The notes under the pieces were generated by a model. The model searched no databases. It worked only from the letters and a program-made list of their open reading frames with translations, and was not told the origin of the DNA. 64,000 bases of DNA. Source: Bacteroidales bacterium (GTDB lineage: Bacteria; Bacteroidota; Bacteroidia; Bacteroidales; VadinHA17). Positions within the stretch are counted from its first letter, which is position 1. Each line of letters starts with the position of its first letter. Positions 7,527 to 17,397 of this stretch are shown one piece after another. The stretch lies in the NCBI GenBank assembly GCA_034679225.1, contig JAXDBC010000074.1, forward strand, positions 2,009 through 66,008, given 5' to 3'. The position numbers were made by a program, and so were the translations under genes.

Positions 7527-10211
7527 CTACAGTGAGAACCAGTAATTCAATTTAACTATGAAAATGTTGTTGGGATAAATGTCACCAAGATACCTGAATG
7601 AATCTCCTGTCGACGCACCCGGAAGCATGTTGCTTCCTGTCCTGTCGCTCGACCATACAAGGTAAATGAATGAACCCAGACGGTATTCCCATTTTGCAAC
7701 CAGGTTTGACCTGAACTGATGAAAGTTGAAATCGGGATTATCTGCCGTAACATTCACCGGTACACCGTTGTCGTTGTCGCTCAGGTAATAAACACCATTT
7801 GCATATACGGGATTCTGATAAACTGCAAACCTGTCGCTGTAGTTTTTTGCTTCTGGACTGGTAACTCTTTTCAGATCGGTATACTTGCCCCTCGAAATGA
7901 AAGGGCTTCCGTAATACTGAATTGAAAACTCGGGAGTCAGGTTAACATCGGCCCTGAAAGTCAGTCCAAGTGTTGTTTGATCGATTGTCCCGAGAATATA
8001 CCTCGTTACCCCGGGAATAGGGTCCGTGGCAGTTGTAACATATTGCAGCTCATCATGGTTCTTCTCATAATTGGCTGTAATTCCAAGTTTAAGTATCCTG
8101 AAGGGGCGGACCGAGATACCGGGCAGTATAGTCCATGACGAAGCCGAATTATTTGCTCCCTTATCATAAATTCCGCCAAAGGTTGCTATAAACCTTTTCG
8201 AGGCATCGGTGCTCAGCATTCCCCCGATTTCGTAACTCGCGGGCATCATCATGTCGTAACCTCCCCTCAGTATCTTGGTGTCAATATCCTTAGTATGGAA
8301 AGCGGCTTCGGCATGCAGACTCCACTGGTTCTTGAATGTTGAAACGAACGACAGTTCCCCGTCGGAACCAAGGGAGGCTCCGCCAAAGGTCCAGGAGTTG
8401 CGCTGCTCAAATCCGACACTGAGCGTCCGGAAGATTGATACGGGCTTTGTGGTCTGATACAATATCTCGTTCTGATTCTCTATCTCGTCGGCAGTTCTCA
8501 TATATCCGAGATCGTTAAGCTCAAGACCGGGTGTAAGAAATGAAATTGCAGTTGAATACTTCCAGTTTCCCCCCGCTCCCTTTCCAATCTCCACCTTGCC
8601 CCCTGTTCCGCTGAGACTGGTCCTGTTCAGGTCATAATCAAGATAATCGGCACCGGGCCTCTGGTAGTACCTTGCCGATGACTCCTGCAGTATTTTCATC
8701 GCCTCCTTGCTTCCATTGATGTAGCTCCCGACGAGTTTTGCATTGATAAAAAACTTCTTGTCGTTCCAGTGGTGAAGGATATCAAATCCGCCGGTGAAAG
8801 CATTGTCTGCAAGAAACTCCAGCTCCGGATCATCAATCATGCGGTTCGTGGATGTGAACATCCCTCCTATCATCGTGTTGCCGGCATTGTAGCCTTTCTG
8901 AATACGTCCGACAAGATAGTTTGTCAGCGGTTCCACCTTCACTTTTGATTCATTCCCCAGCGCATCGCTTACACGGGCAAACTCATTTGCCGTCACACTC
9001 TGGATCAGCCCGACCGAAAGACCTTCGGAAGTAGTTCCGCTGAATTTGGCCGCGCTGATGATCTTGGTCATGTCGGGCGACTTCACGTAGTGGTCGTCCA
9101 AAGCCGGGACTATCCTGGAAGGCGAATGTCCTATACGCCTTGAATAGAACAGGCTCTGCTGATCGAATTTGTAATCGAATATTGTCAGGCCTTCAAGGAA
9201 GAAAGGCCTTTTTTCTTCATAAAAGGTTTCGAATGCTGTCAGGTTCATTACAGAAGGATCGGATTCGACCTGACCGAAATCGGGATTGACAGTAATGTCG
9301 ACAGTGAAGTTGCTCGAAACACCGATCTTTGCATCAAGACCAAGATTGGCTCCCCATACCCTTCCATTCTTTGTGTATGGATTCCCCGGTATCTCTTCAA
9401 GGGTATTGAGCTTCCCAAGCGAGAAGGGCAGTATCTCGAGCCGGCGCGATTTCTTAAGTCCCTTGAGACCGATGAATTCACCATAGTTGTAAAGCATACC
9501 CGGACCTGTTTTTGTCTGCTTTTCCCAGTTGCTTTCCTCCTGCAGCCTGTCGATCCACCTCCAGGTATGCATACCCCATACCTGCTCATCCTTGTTGCTG
9601 TAACGAAGCTGGCTGAGCGGAACTTCAATTTCGGCCACCCACGCTGAATCTTCCAGGCCTACCTTGCACCTCCATACGGCATTCCAGTTGAAATCCCAGT
9701 TCTCAGGATTGAAAAGCACGAGATCTACCTTCTGGCCCCAGGCCGTGACTGTAAACTCGAATCCTGTGCGGTAATCCCGGTAACTGTCGAAATTGACTCC
9801 GACCATATCGCCAACTATGTTGTCCCTCGCATCAGCATACCTGTGAACCTTGTGTGGTTCCGGGTCGTAGGCTCTGAAAGCTATGTAAAGGTACTTGTCG
9901 TCATACTGGATGTTGTGCTCGGTCCCGAATGTCGGTTTGGCGCCTTCATGGGGAACAAACTGGGTGTAGTCGCCTGCCCAGTTGCCATGATTCCAGCATT
10001 CATCGTCAAGCTTGCCGTCAATGACAGGTCTTTCCGTAACAAGACGAGTGGTAACGTACACCGGTTGTTTCACCTTCTGCCCCTGCATTGAGGCTGAATC
10101 CTGACCTGAAAGAATCTGCCCCTGAGAGTAATTGTTTAAACCGGTTGATAAATAACAAATTATTAGCAATAAGGCCGTCAGACCTTTTCTTCTGATATTG
10201 TGTCCGATCAT
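7527..10211 (-). CDS. CBM9-like / DUF5916 family outer-membrane-associated protein
   Basis: Signal peptide. The N-terminal module DGKLDDECWNHGNWAGDYTQFVPHEG..YDDKYLYIAFRAYD is typical of the carbohydrate-binding family 9-like domain. The long C-terminal part is rich in beta-strands and ends ..IVKLNYWFSL. Confidence 0.7.
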   Translation of the reverse strand: MIGHNIRRKGLTALLLIICYLSTGLNNYSQGQILSGQDSASMQGQKVKQPVYVTTRLVTERPVIDGKLDDECWNHGNWAGDYTQFVPHEGAKPTFGTEHNIQYDDKYLYIAFRAYDPEPHKVHRYADARDNIVGDMVGVNFDSYRDYRTGFEFTVTAWGQKVDLVLFNPENWDFNWNAVWRCKVGLEDSAWVAEIEVPLSQLRYSNKDEQVWGMHTWRWIDRLQEESNWEKQTKTGPGMLYNYGEFIGLKGLKKSRRLEILPFSLGKLNTLEEIPGNPYTKNGRVWGANLGLDAKIGVSSNFTVDITVNPDFGQVESDPSVMNLTAFETFYEEKRPFFLEGLTIFDYKFDQQSLFYSRRIGHSPSRIVPALDDHYVKSPDMTKIISAAKFSGTTSEGLSVGLIQSVTANEFARVSDALGNESKVKVEPLTNYLVGRIQKGYNAGNTMIGGMFTSTNRMIDDPELEFLADNAFTGGFDILHHWNDKKFFINAKLVGSYINGSKEAMKILQESSARYYQRPGADYLDYDLNRTSLSGTGGKVEIGKGAGGNWKYSTAISFLTPGLELNDLGYMRTADEIENQNEILYQTTKPVSIFRTLSVGFEQRNSWTFGGASLGSDGELSFVSTFKNQWSLHAEAAFHTKDIDTKILRGGYDMMMPASYEIGGMLSTDASKRFIATFGGIYDKGANNSASSWTILPGISVRPFRILKLGITANYEKNHDELQYVTTATDPIPGVTRYILGTIDQTTLGLTFRADVNLTPEFSIQYYGSPFISRGKYTDLKRVTSPEAKNYSDRFAVYQNPVYANGVYYLSDNDNGVPVNVTADNPDFNFHQFRSNLVAKWEYRLGSFIYLVWSSDRTGSNMLPGASTGDSFRYLGDIYPNNIFIVKLNYWFSL

Positions 10212-10376
10212 TGTATTAGATTATGAGTTCCCAAAAATACAGTTTTGTCCAGATTAAAAAAACACAAGGATCACAGATAATGATTATACAAATCAGATTA
10301 TATGAATAATTTGGTATATTTAGGAGCCAGGCTGTAAAAACAGGAAGCAACAGGAATATCAATTAAAATACATATC

Positions 10377-12578
10377 ATGAAGAAGCTCTTTTATCTCTTG
10401 ACTGTTTTCTCTATCTCATTGATCCTTAATGCCCAGGATATCGCCCGGTCTCCCATTGGAGGCCAGCAGCCACAGTCCGATCCCGACAAGATCATTTCCA
10501 TCGAAACGGCGAAATCAAGCCTGGTGCTTAAGGTAAGCGGCCGCGACGGACGGCTGTACCACTTGTACCTCGGTCCCAGGCTCAGCAGTACCGACAGTTT
10601 CAACCAGCGGGGGAACGAGATTCATCCTGCATATGCCACATTCGGAACCGACAATCTCTTTGAACCGGCTATAAGGGTTCTTCATAACGACGGAAATCCC
10701 TCTCTCGAACTTATCTATGTAAGCCATGAGACGGTCAATGCCGGCAATGATGCAACTCTTACCAGGATACTTCTCAAGGATCCCCTGTACCCATTCGAAG
10801 TCACCCTCTTCTGCAAGGCTTTTACTGCCACGGATGTGTTCGAGCAGTGGGCAGAGATCAGGCATACCGAGAAGAAACCGGTTACCATTTATAATTATGC
10901 TTCCTCAATGCTGCATTTCGATGCCGAAAGGTACTGGCTTACGCAGTTCCACGGCGACTGGGCCGAGGAAATGAAAGCCAGGGAAAGTGAACTGACAGCA
11001 GGAATAAAAATACTCGACAGCAAACTTGGAAGCAGGGCACACATGTACCAGACTCCCGTCTTCCTGCTTTCACTTAATGAGAAAGCCGAAGAAAACAGCG
11101 GACAGGTACTCGCCGGCACTCTTGGCTGGTCGGGAAATTTCCGCTTCCTGTTCGAAGTGGATGAGAAAAACTCCCTGAGGGTGATATCAGGAATTAATCC
11201 TTTTGCATCGGAGTATTCTCTCCAGCCGGGTCAGGTTTTCAAGACACCATCCATGATCTTTACCTTTTCAGGCTCGGGAACCGGCCAGGCAAGCCGTAAC
11301 CTTCACCGTTGGGCAATAAACCATGGTGTTCTCAACGGAAAGGGATCCCGTTATACTCTCCTGAACAACTGGGAAGCCACCGGTTTCAACTTTGATGAGA
11401 AGAAACTTACTTCAATCCTCGACGATACAAAAAAGATGGGACTCGATGTCTTCCTTCTCGACGACGGCTGGTTTGCAAATAAATATCCAAGGAACCACGA
11501 CCGGGCAGGACTCGGCGACTGGCAGGAAAACAAGGCGAAGCTTCCCGGCGGACTGGGTTATCTGGTAAAGGAGGCAGATGCCAGGGGAGTGAAATTCGGG
11601 ATCTGGATAGAACCGGAAATGGTCAATCCCAAAAGCGAACTGTATGAGACCCATCCCGAATGGATCCTGAAGCTACCGAACCGTCCCGAGCATTATTTCA
11701 GGAATCAGCTTGTTCTCGATCTCACCAACCCGAAGGTACAGGAATTTGTTTATAATGTTGTCGACGGAATGCTCACTGCAAATCCCGGCATTGCATTTAT
11801 CAAATGGGACTGCAACAGGATGATGACCAATATGTATTCGACCTACCTGAAGGACAAGCAGTCGCATCTGTACATCGACTATGTCAACAGCCTTTACGGA
11901 GTTCTGGAACGCCTGCGCTCGAAATATCCCGATCTTCCCATAATGCTTTGCTCAGGCGGCGGTGGAAGGGTCGACTATGGAGCATTGAAGTACTTTACCG
12001 AATTCTGGGCCAGCGACAATACCGATCCTCTCGAAAGAATTTACATGCAGTGGGGTTATTCATATTTCTTCCCTGCAATCTCGGTCTGCAACCATGTTAC
12101 TTCCTGGGGAAAGCAGTCGCTTAAATTCAGAACCGACGTGGCTATGATGGGAAAGATGGGTTTTGACATTGAGGTTGACAAGTTCTCCGATAATGAACTC
12201 AAATTTTGCCAGGATGCAATTGCAAACTATAACAGGATTAAGGATGTGATATACAAAGGCGACCTTTACCGCCTGATATCACCCTACAAGGAAAACAGGG
12301 CAGCCCTGATGTATGTGAACCAGGAAAAAACAAAGGCTGTTCTTTTCAGCTACACCCTGAATACACGATACGGCGAAACCATTAACCGCGTCAGGCTCCA
12401 GGGGCTTGATCCGGACAAGACTTACAATATCAGGGAGATCAATGTGCCGAATGAAGGCCGTTTCCGCGGAATGAGTGAAAACGGACGGAGCTACACCGGC
12501 GACTACCTGATGAATGTCGGACTAAACGCCGGTTCATCCACCCCGCTTACCAGTGTGGTGTACGAAATTACCGAGTGA
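10377..12578 (+). CDS. Alpha-galactosidase, glycoside hydrolase family 36
   Basis: Signal peptide plus GH36 hallmarks: FLLDDGWF, GVKFGIWIEPEMVNP, FIKWDCNR (nucleophile region) and LCSGGGGRVD. Confidence 0.85.
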   Translation: MKKLFYLLTVFSISLILNAQDIARSPIGGQQPQSDPDKIISIETAKSSLVLKVSGRDGRLYHLYLGPRLSSTDSFNQRGNEIHPAYATFGTDNLFEPAIRVLHNDGNPSLELIYVSHETVNAGNDATLTRILLKDPLYPFEVTLFCKAFTATDVFEQWAEIRHTEKKPVTIYNYASSMLHFDAERYWLTQFHGDWAEEMKARESELTAGIKILDSKLGSRAHMYQTPVFLLSLNEKAEENSGQVLAGTLGWSGNFRFLFEVDEKNSLRVISGINPFASEYSLQPGQVFKTPSMIFTFSGSGTGQASRNLHRWAINHGVLNGKGSRYTLLNNWEATGFNFDEKKLTSILDDTKKMGLDVFLLDDGWFANKYPRNHDRAGLGDWQENKAKLPGGLGYLVKEADARGVKFGIWIEPEMVNPKSELYETHPEWILKLPNRPEHYFRNQLVLDLTNPKVQEFVYNVVDGMLTANPGIAFIKWDCNRMMTNMYSTYLKDKQSHLYIDYVNSLYGVLERLRSKYPDLPIMLCSGGGGRVDYGALKYFTEFWASDNTDPLERIYMQWGYSYFFPAISVCNHVTSWGKQSLKFRTDVAMMGKMGFDIEVDKFSDNELKFCQDAIANYNRIKDVIYKGDLYRLISPYKENRAALMYVNQEKTKAVLFSYTLNTRYGETINRVRLQGLDPDKTYNIREINVPNEGRFRGMSENGRSYTGDYLMNVGLNAGSSTPLTSVVYEITE

Positions 12579-12581
12579 GGG

Positions 12582-13445
12582 TTATTTCCCGTCCCAGCCG
12601 GCAATCCTTGCCCATAGCCACCAGGCCGCGTAGGCTTTCTGGTTGGCATTGAGAGGCTGGCTGTGTGCTGCAGTGCAATCGTACCAATCGAGTCCGCGGG
12701 TATGAGCGTTCTGCCATTCCACGGCCCAGTTACCGTCGAGGCTGCCGTTGCCGTCAGTATCATAATTGCAGCCGTCATCGGCATTCCTGTCCCCAAAGAA
12801 GACTCCGTCGGGATTGTAAGATTCTATATCTGCAAAATCGTACAGTATCTTGCCGTTACGCGTGCAGAACGACCTTATCTGCTCATTCCTGAGGTGAAGT
12901 TTTCCGCTGAGACCACTGCCGTCGAGGTGTCCAGTCATATAAACAAAAACGACATCCGGATAAGCCTTTTCAAGACCTTCCATCAGGCTGAGATAGGTGT
13001 TGATATGCGATTCGGTCGCATCCGAAACCTGTCCGCACCACGACCAGATTATCACGTTTACATCCGGATTGGCGGCCAGATAGGTCCTGGTTCTCTCAGC
13101 CCATGATGTCCGGTCGGGATTTCCAAGATCGCCGCTCATTGCATAGTCGTGCAGATCGAGCGATCCGTCAGTCCCTCCGTTGTTCCACGAGAAGGTAGGG
13201 CCCTTGAATGAAGCCAGACCAGACATGCCGTCGGTAAGCTGGCTTCCATGTGATGTATGCCCGTAGGCAATGTGAAGATTCGATTTTGCCGCTTCAATCC
13301 ACTCAGAAGGGATCGCGGCCAGCTTGGTGCATGAGTGGTCAATGATGAAACCATCGCCCGGAACGATACCCGGCCCGTCTTCCTTGCTGCATGATGCAAG
13401 AAGGAAAACAAATACAATTAAACAAGATACTTTAAAATATCTCAT
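12582..13445 (-). CDS. Lipoprotein of unknown function (possibly an esterase-like fold)
   Basis: Lipobox LLASC. Conserved-looking blocks are AYGHTSHGSQL, VIIWSWCGQV and VYMTGHLDGSG. I recognise no family with confidence. Confidence 0.4.
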   Translation of the reverse strand: MRYFKVSCLIVFVFLLASCSKEDGPGIVPGDGFIIDHSCTKLAAIPSEWIEAAKSNLHIAYGHTSHGSQLTDGMSGLASFKGPTFSWNNGGTDGSLDLHDYAMSGDLGNPDRTSWAERTRTYLAANPDVNVIIWSWCGQVSDATESHINTYLSLMEGLEKAYPDVVFVYMTGHLDGSGLSGKLHLRNEQIRSFCTRNGKILYDFADIESYNPDGVFFGDRNADDGCNYDTDGNGSLDGNWAVEWQNAHTRGLDWYDCTAAHSQPLNANQKAYAAWWLWARIAGWDGK

Positions 13446-13700
13446 AAAAAGTTATTTGTAAATAATGAAATTCCTGCTCTGACTTTTTACATAAGCCATA
13501 TCAGATATAAAACGTATGAAAGGCCGGATTGTTGCAAAAATATATTTCCGGTTTTTCAAAGATACACGACTGCATGCCCTTCGGGACGAACCATCGCAAT
13601 ACCAAATACATTATTGTTTTTGTTGTAAAAGCGGCATTTTGTCCCGGAGAATTACTATTTTTCGCAGCATCAAAATAAATCATAAGTAAATCAGCGAGAA

Positions 13701-14798
13701 ATGAAGAATGGAATAAAACTGCTTGTGCTCCTTATCGCCGGAGCAACTGTTGTATCGTGTTCACCATCAAGGATAGGAGAGTCCCAGACCGATAACAAAG
13801 TCAGGAATGTTATCCTGATGATTGGCGATGGAATGGGCCTGCCTCATGTTTATGCAGCAATGACAGCGGCCGGTGTTCCCCTTAATATTCAAAGGACACA
13901 GGCAACCGGACTGCAGACCAGCTTCTCGGCCGATGACTATGTTACCGATTCAGCCGCGGCAGGAACAGCGCTGTCGTCAGGCGAAAAAACAAATAACGGA
14001 ATGATCGGCGTTGATCCCCAGGGAAACAAGGTAAAAACTATACTGGAAATTGCAGAGGAAAACGGCCTTGCAACCGGACTTGTTGCCACTGCTTCAGTCA
14101 CTCACGCAACTCCTGCAGCGTTTATAGCACACCAGGCTTCAAGAAGCAGTTATGAGGACATTGCCAGGGATTTCCTCCGGACTGATATTGATGTCTTTAT
14201 CGGCGGAGGCTACGATCATTTTGCAAAAAGGGCTGACGGACTCAACCTTATCGATAGCCTGAATGCTAAAGGTTACGAGGTAATAACCTCAGCCGAAGCG
14301 CTTAAAAATTCAGATTCTCCGGCTAAACTGGCCGCCCTGCTGTACCCTGATCAGCCACCCTACAGGCTTCAGGGAAGAGGTGACATGCTCTATGACGCAA
14401 CCAGAAAAGCAATCGATATTCTGAGCCGGAACCGCAAGGGCTTCTTCCTTATGATTGAAGGATCACAGATCGACTGGGCAGCCCATGCAAACGAATCTGA
14501 AGCCACAGTCGATGAAACTCTCGATTTTGACAAGGCTATCGGGGCCGCTATTGATTTTGCCAAATCTGACGGTAATACCCTGGTTGTCGTTACGGCCGAT
14601 CATGAAACCGGCGGTGTCACTATCCTGGGAGGCGACATCAAATCAAAGCAGGTAAAGCTCAATTTCTCAACAAAAAGCCATTCAGCAGTTATGCTTCCGG
14701 TTTATGCATACGGCCCAGGCGCCATGAACTTTACCGGCATCTATGACAATACCGATGTGCCCAAAAAGATACTGAAGGCCTTCAGCTTCGGGAAATAA
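13701..14798 (+). CDS. phoA: Alkaline phosphatase (PhoA family)
   Basis: Lipoprotein-type signal (VVSCS). Motifs MIGDGMG, DSAAAGTALSSGEKT (Ser nucleophile), THATPAAF, IDWAAHAN and VTADHETGG. Confidence 0.9.
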   Translation: MKNGIKLLVLLIAGATVVSCSPSRIGESQTDNKVRNVILMIGDGMGLPHVYAAMTAAGVPLNIQRTQATGLQTSFSADDYVTDSAAAGTALSSGEKTNNGMIGVDPQGNKVKTILEIAEENGLATGLVATASVTHATPAAFIAHQASRSSYEDIARDFLRTDIDVFIGGGYDHFAKRADGLNLIDSLNAKGYEVITSAEALKNSDSPAKLAALLYPDQPPYRLQGRGDMLYDATRKAIDILSRNRKGFFLMIEGSQIDWAAHANESEATVDETLDFDKAIGAAIDFAKSDGNTLVVVTADHETGGVTILGGDIKSKQVKLNFSTKSHSAVMLPVYAYGPGAMNFTGIYDNTDVPKKILKAFSFGK

Positions 14799-14799
14799 T

Positions 14800-15273
14800 G
14801 TGAATCAAGTGACAGACAGTCTCAGACCCTACGGGGACAAGCAAAAGATCTTCGACAAGAGATACCTGCAGATGGCTTTGATATGGGCTAAGAATTCCTA
14901 CTGCAAACGCAGGCAGGTAGGAGCTCTTATCGTCAGGGACAAAATGATAATTTCGGACGGCTATAACGGTACTCCCGCGGGATTCGAAAACGTTTGTGAG
15001 GATGAGAATAATATGACCAAACCGTATGTTCTTCATGCTGAAGCTAATGCTATAACAAAAGTTGCGAAGTCAAACAATTCCAGCGAGAATTCAACGTTGT
15101 ATGTAACGACATCTCCATGCATGGAGTGCGCAAAGTTGATCATTCAGTCAGGAATTGGACGGGTAGTTTACTGTAACAGGTACCGGATTACCGATGGGCT
15201 CGACTTGCTGAAGCGTGCAGGAATTGAGATTGTTTATATTGATCCTGATAACGATATTTATGAAGTACAATAA
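14800..15273 (+). CDS. comEB: Deoxycytidylate (dCMP) deaminase
   Basis: Zinc-binding cytidine/deoxycytidylate deaminase motifs HAEANAI and SPCMECAKLI. GTG start one nt after the phoA stop. Confidence 0.85.
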   Translation: MNQVTDSLRPYGDKQKIFDKRYLQMALIWAKNSYCKRRQVGALIVRDKMIISDGYNGTPAGFENVCEDENNMTKPYVLHAEANAITKVAKSNNSSENSTLYVTTSPCMECAKLIIQSGIGRVVYCNRYRITDGLDLLKRAGIEIVYIDPDNDIYEVQ

Positions 15274-16861
15274 TACCAGGAGGGACATCATTCTGCCATT
15301 GGTTGCAGCACTTGCACTTGCTGCCGGAATCGTGATCGGCATATGGCTCCCGGACAGGAACAGCGCTCCCCAGCAAACCGGTTTCAGAGTAAAAAGCGAC
15401 AAGATAAACAGCATCCTTAACATTATTGAAGCGGACTACGTTGACACGGTGAACCGCGCCGAACTGGTGGAAGCCGCTATACCTGCAATACTGAAGAAAC
15501 TTGATCCGCATTCGGTTTATATCCCGGCTAAAGACCTCCAGCGCGCAAACGAACCACTACAGGGCAACTTCGACGGCATAGGCATATCATTCAACATGCT
15601 TACGGATACAATACTGGTAATAAGCACTATACCAGGAGGGCCCTCCGAAAAGGTAGGACTGATGGCCGGCGATAAGATTATATATGTAAACGATTCCCTG
15701 GTGGCCGGAAGAAAACTGAGCGACGAGAAAGTAATGGGCATGCTCAAGGGACCAAGAGGCACCGTAGTCAGGATAAAGCTTATGCGAAAAGGATACCCCG
15801 ATCTTATCCCCTTTGATATTACTCGCGACAAGATACCGATCGCCAGTGTAGACGTGAGCTATATGATCAATGACAAAACCGGATACATAAAGATCAACAA
15901 CTTCGCGATGACCACATATGACGAATTCCTTAAAAGCATCAGGGAACTGAAGTCGGTGGGAATGCAAAAACTCATACTTGATCTCAGAGAAAACTCCGGT
16001 GGCGTTATGGAGGCAGCTACCAGAATAGCAGACGAATTACTCAAGGAAGGAGAAATGATTGTATATACCCTTGGCAGGTCGCAGCCCAGAAATGAGACAA
16101 GGGCAAAGGGTAACGGGGAATTTGAATCAGGCGACCTGGTTCTCCTCATAGACGAATGGAGCGCATCTGCAAGCGAAATCCTGGCAGGGGCAATCCAGGA
16201 TAACGACAGGGGTACCATAATCGGAAGACGCTCCTTCGGCAAGGGACTCGTCCAGGAACCCGTACCCTTTAACGACGGATCGGGAATGAGGCTTACGGTA
16301 GCAAGGTATTATACACCTACCGGAAGGTCAATTCAGAAACCTTACAACAATGGCTTCGACGAATACTTCGACGACCTCAATTCACGATTCGAGAGGGGTG
16401 AATTCACAGCGTCGGACAGCATCCATTTTGCCGACTCGCTGAAATTCACTACAAAGGGAGGAAAGACCGTCTATGGAGGCGGGGGAATAATGCCCGACAT
16501 ATTTGTCCCGGTCGACACTACAGGCCGTTCTGCATATTTCCTCGCGGTGAGACCGCTGATTTACAGATATGCCCTTAACTATACCGAAAAGAACAGGGAG
16601 ACACTAAATAAATTCACCGAATCGGGGGAAATGGAGAAATATCTCGACCGGCAGGCACTTCTAAATCACTTCATCAGCTTCGCCGAAGAGAACGGTGTAA
16701 AGAGAGACCCGGAAGGAATTAAGCTTTCAGGCCAGGTGATTTTGATTCAGCTGAAAGCCTATATTGCCCGCAATATCCTCGACAACAAGGGATTCTATCC
16801 CATCTGGAAAGAGCTCGACACTACCTTGAAATTCGCGGAGGATTACCTGGAAAAGAATTGA
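15260..16861 (+). CDS. ctp: S41 family C-terminal processing peptidase (Ctp/Prc-like)
   Basis: PDZ segment (GGPSEKVGLMAGDKIIYVND), catalytic block LIDEWSASASEILAGAIQDNDRG and RSFGKGLVQ. I chose the ATG at 15260 (MKYNNTRRD..) over the tracked 15215 start, which would overlap the deaminase gene by 59 nt. Confidence 0.85.
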   Translation: MKYNNTRRDIILPLVAALALAAGIVIGIWLPDRNSAPQQTGFRVKSDKINSILNIIEADYVDTVNRAELVEAAIPAILKKLDPHSVYIPAKDLQRANEPLQGNFDGIGISFNMLTDTILVISTIPGGPSEKVGLMAGDKIIYVNDSLVAGRKLSDEKVMGMLKGPRGTVVRIKLMRKGYPDLIPFDITRDKIPIASVDVSYMINDKTGYIKINNFAMTTYDEFLKSIRELKSVGMQKLILDLRENSGGVMEAATRIADELLKEGEMIVYTLGRSQPRNETRAKGNGEFESGDLVLLIDEWSASASEILAGAIQDNDRGTIIGRRSFGKGLVQEPVPFNDGSGMRLTVARYYTPTGRSIQKPYNNGFDEYFDDLNSRFERGEFTASDSIHFADSLKFTTKGGKTVYGGGGIMPDIFVPVDTTGRSAYFLAVRPLIYRYALNYTEKNRETLNKFTESGEMEKYLDRQALLNHFISFAEENGVKRDPEGIKLSGQVILIQLKAYIARNILDNKGFYPIWKELDTTLKFAEDYLEKN

Positions 16862-16924
16862 CCGCAAAAAACCTGTTGCATTTTAGCCCCTTTTAGGGGG
16901 TTGGAGGTGATAGCCCCTTTTAGG

Positions 16925-17029
16925 GTGAAGGAGCAAGAGAATTCTGCTAATAATTGGAAAGGAATATGAACTTCAATGCTTGATATAACAAATTGAGCAA
17001 CAACATCCATTGGAAGAAGCCTTTCCCCC
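16925..17029. repeat. Copy 1 of a perfect 105-bp direct repeat in a 536-bp non-coding gap
   Basis: GTGAAGGAGCAAGAGAATTCTGCTAATAATTGGAAAGGAATATGAACTTCAATGCTTGATATAACAAATTGAGCAACAACATCCATTGGAAGAAGCCTTTCCCCC recurs identically 254 nt downstream. It contains the nested inverted repeats GGAAAGG/CCTTTCC and CTTCAATG/CATTGGAAG. Confidence 0.9.
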
Positions 17030-17178
17030 CTAAAGGGGAAACTGGAAAGGGGGTATGTGACTGCAGGGGATAACAAAAAAGAGGGTACGTGAATAAGGGG
17101 GTTCTGAGGTCTTTTTGTAATTATTTAATCACCTGTAGTTCCCTGCCGGTTATAACCCCCTTCCCAACCTTCCCCCTA

Positions 17179-17283
17179 GTGAAGGAGCAAGAGAATTCTG
17201 CTAATAATTGGAAAGGAATATGAACTTCAATGCTTGATATAACAAATTGAGCAACAACATCCATTGGAAGAAGCCTTTCCCCC
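17179..17283. repeat. Copy 2 of the perfect 105-bp direct repeat
   Basis: Identical to 16925-17029 by direct comparison. The flanks differ. Confidence 0.9.
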
Positions 17284-17290
17284 TGGGGGA

Positions 17291-17365
17291 TCCCGATAAA
17301 TCCCGATAGCTCCCGATAGCTCCCGATAGCTATCGGGACGGGACGGGACGGGAGGGGAAGGGGTA
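17291..17365. repeat. Decamer tandem repeat (TCCCGATARM x4) running into a perfect 18-bp palindrome and a (CGGGA)n tract
   Basis: The sequence is tcccgataaa tcccgatagc tcccgatagc tcccgatagc tatcggga cggga cggga cggga gggga. TCCCGATAGCTATCGGGA (17321-17338) is a perfect palindrome, and the TCCCG/CGGGA units extend the possible stem. It lies between two convergent genes, so it may act as a terminator-like hairpin. Confidence 0.8.
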
Positions 17366-17397
17366 TGTTAATGTTGGGGGTCGAGGGTTAGCTGCTT

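Noticed and set aside
10212-10376. Attempted to call Bacteroidota-type promoters (TTTG at -33, TAnnTTTG at -7) in divergent gaps
   Set aside because: Only near-matches one base short of the consensus were seen (for example TAATTTG near 10308). That is not enough to annotate promoters without transcription start data.
15215-15259. Tracked earlier start of the S41 peptidase
   Set aside because: It would overlap the dCMP deaminase gene by 59 nt. The ATG at 15260 gives a normal N-terminal membrane anchor.
16843-17076. 77-aa minus-strand ORF across the first 105-bp repeat
   Set aside because: It overlaps the 3' end of the peptidase gene and the repeat/palindrome region. Its sequence is dictated by C/G runs (Pro/Phe/Gly/Lys strings). 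The second repeat copy is not embedded in an equivalent ORF.
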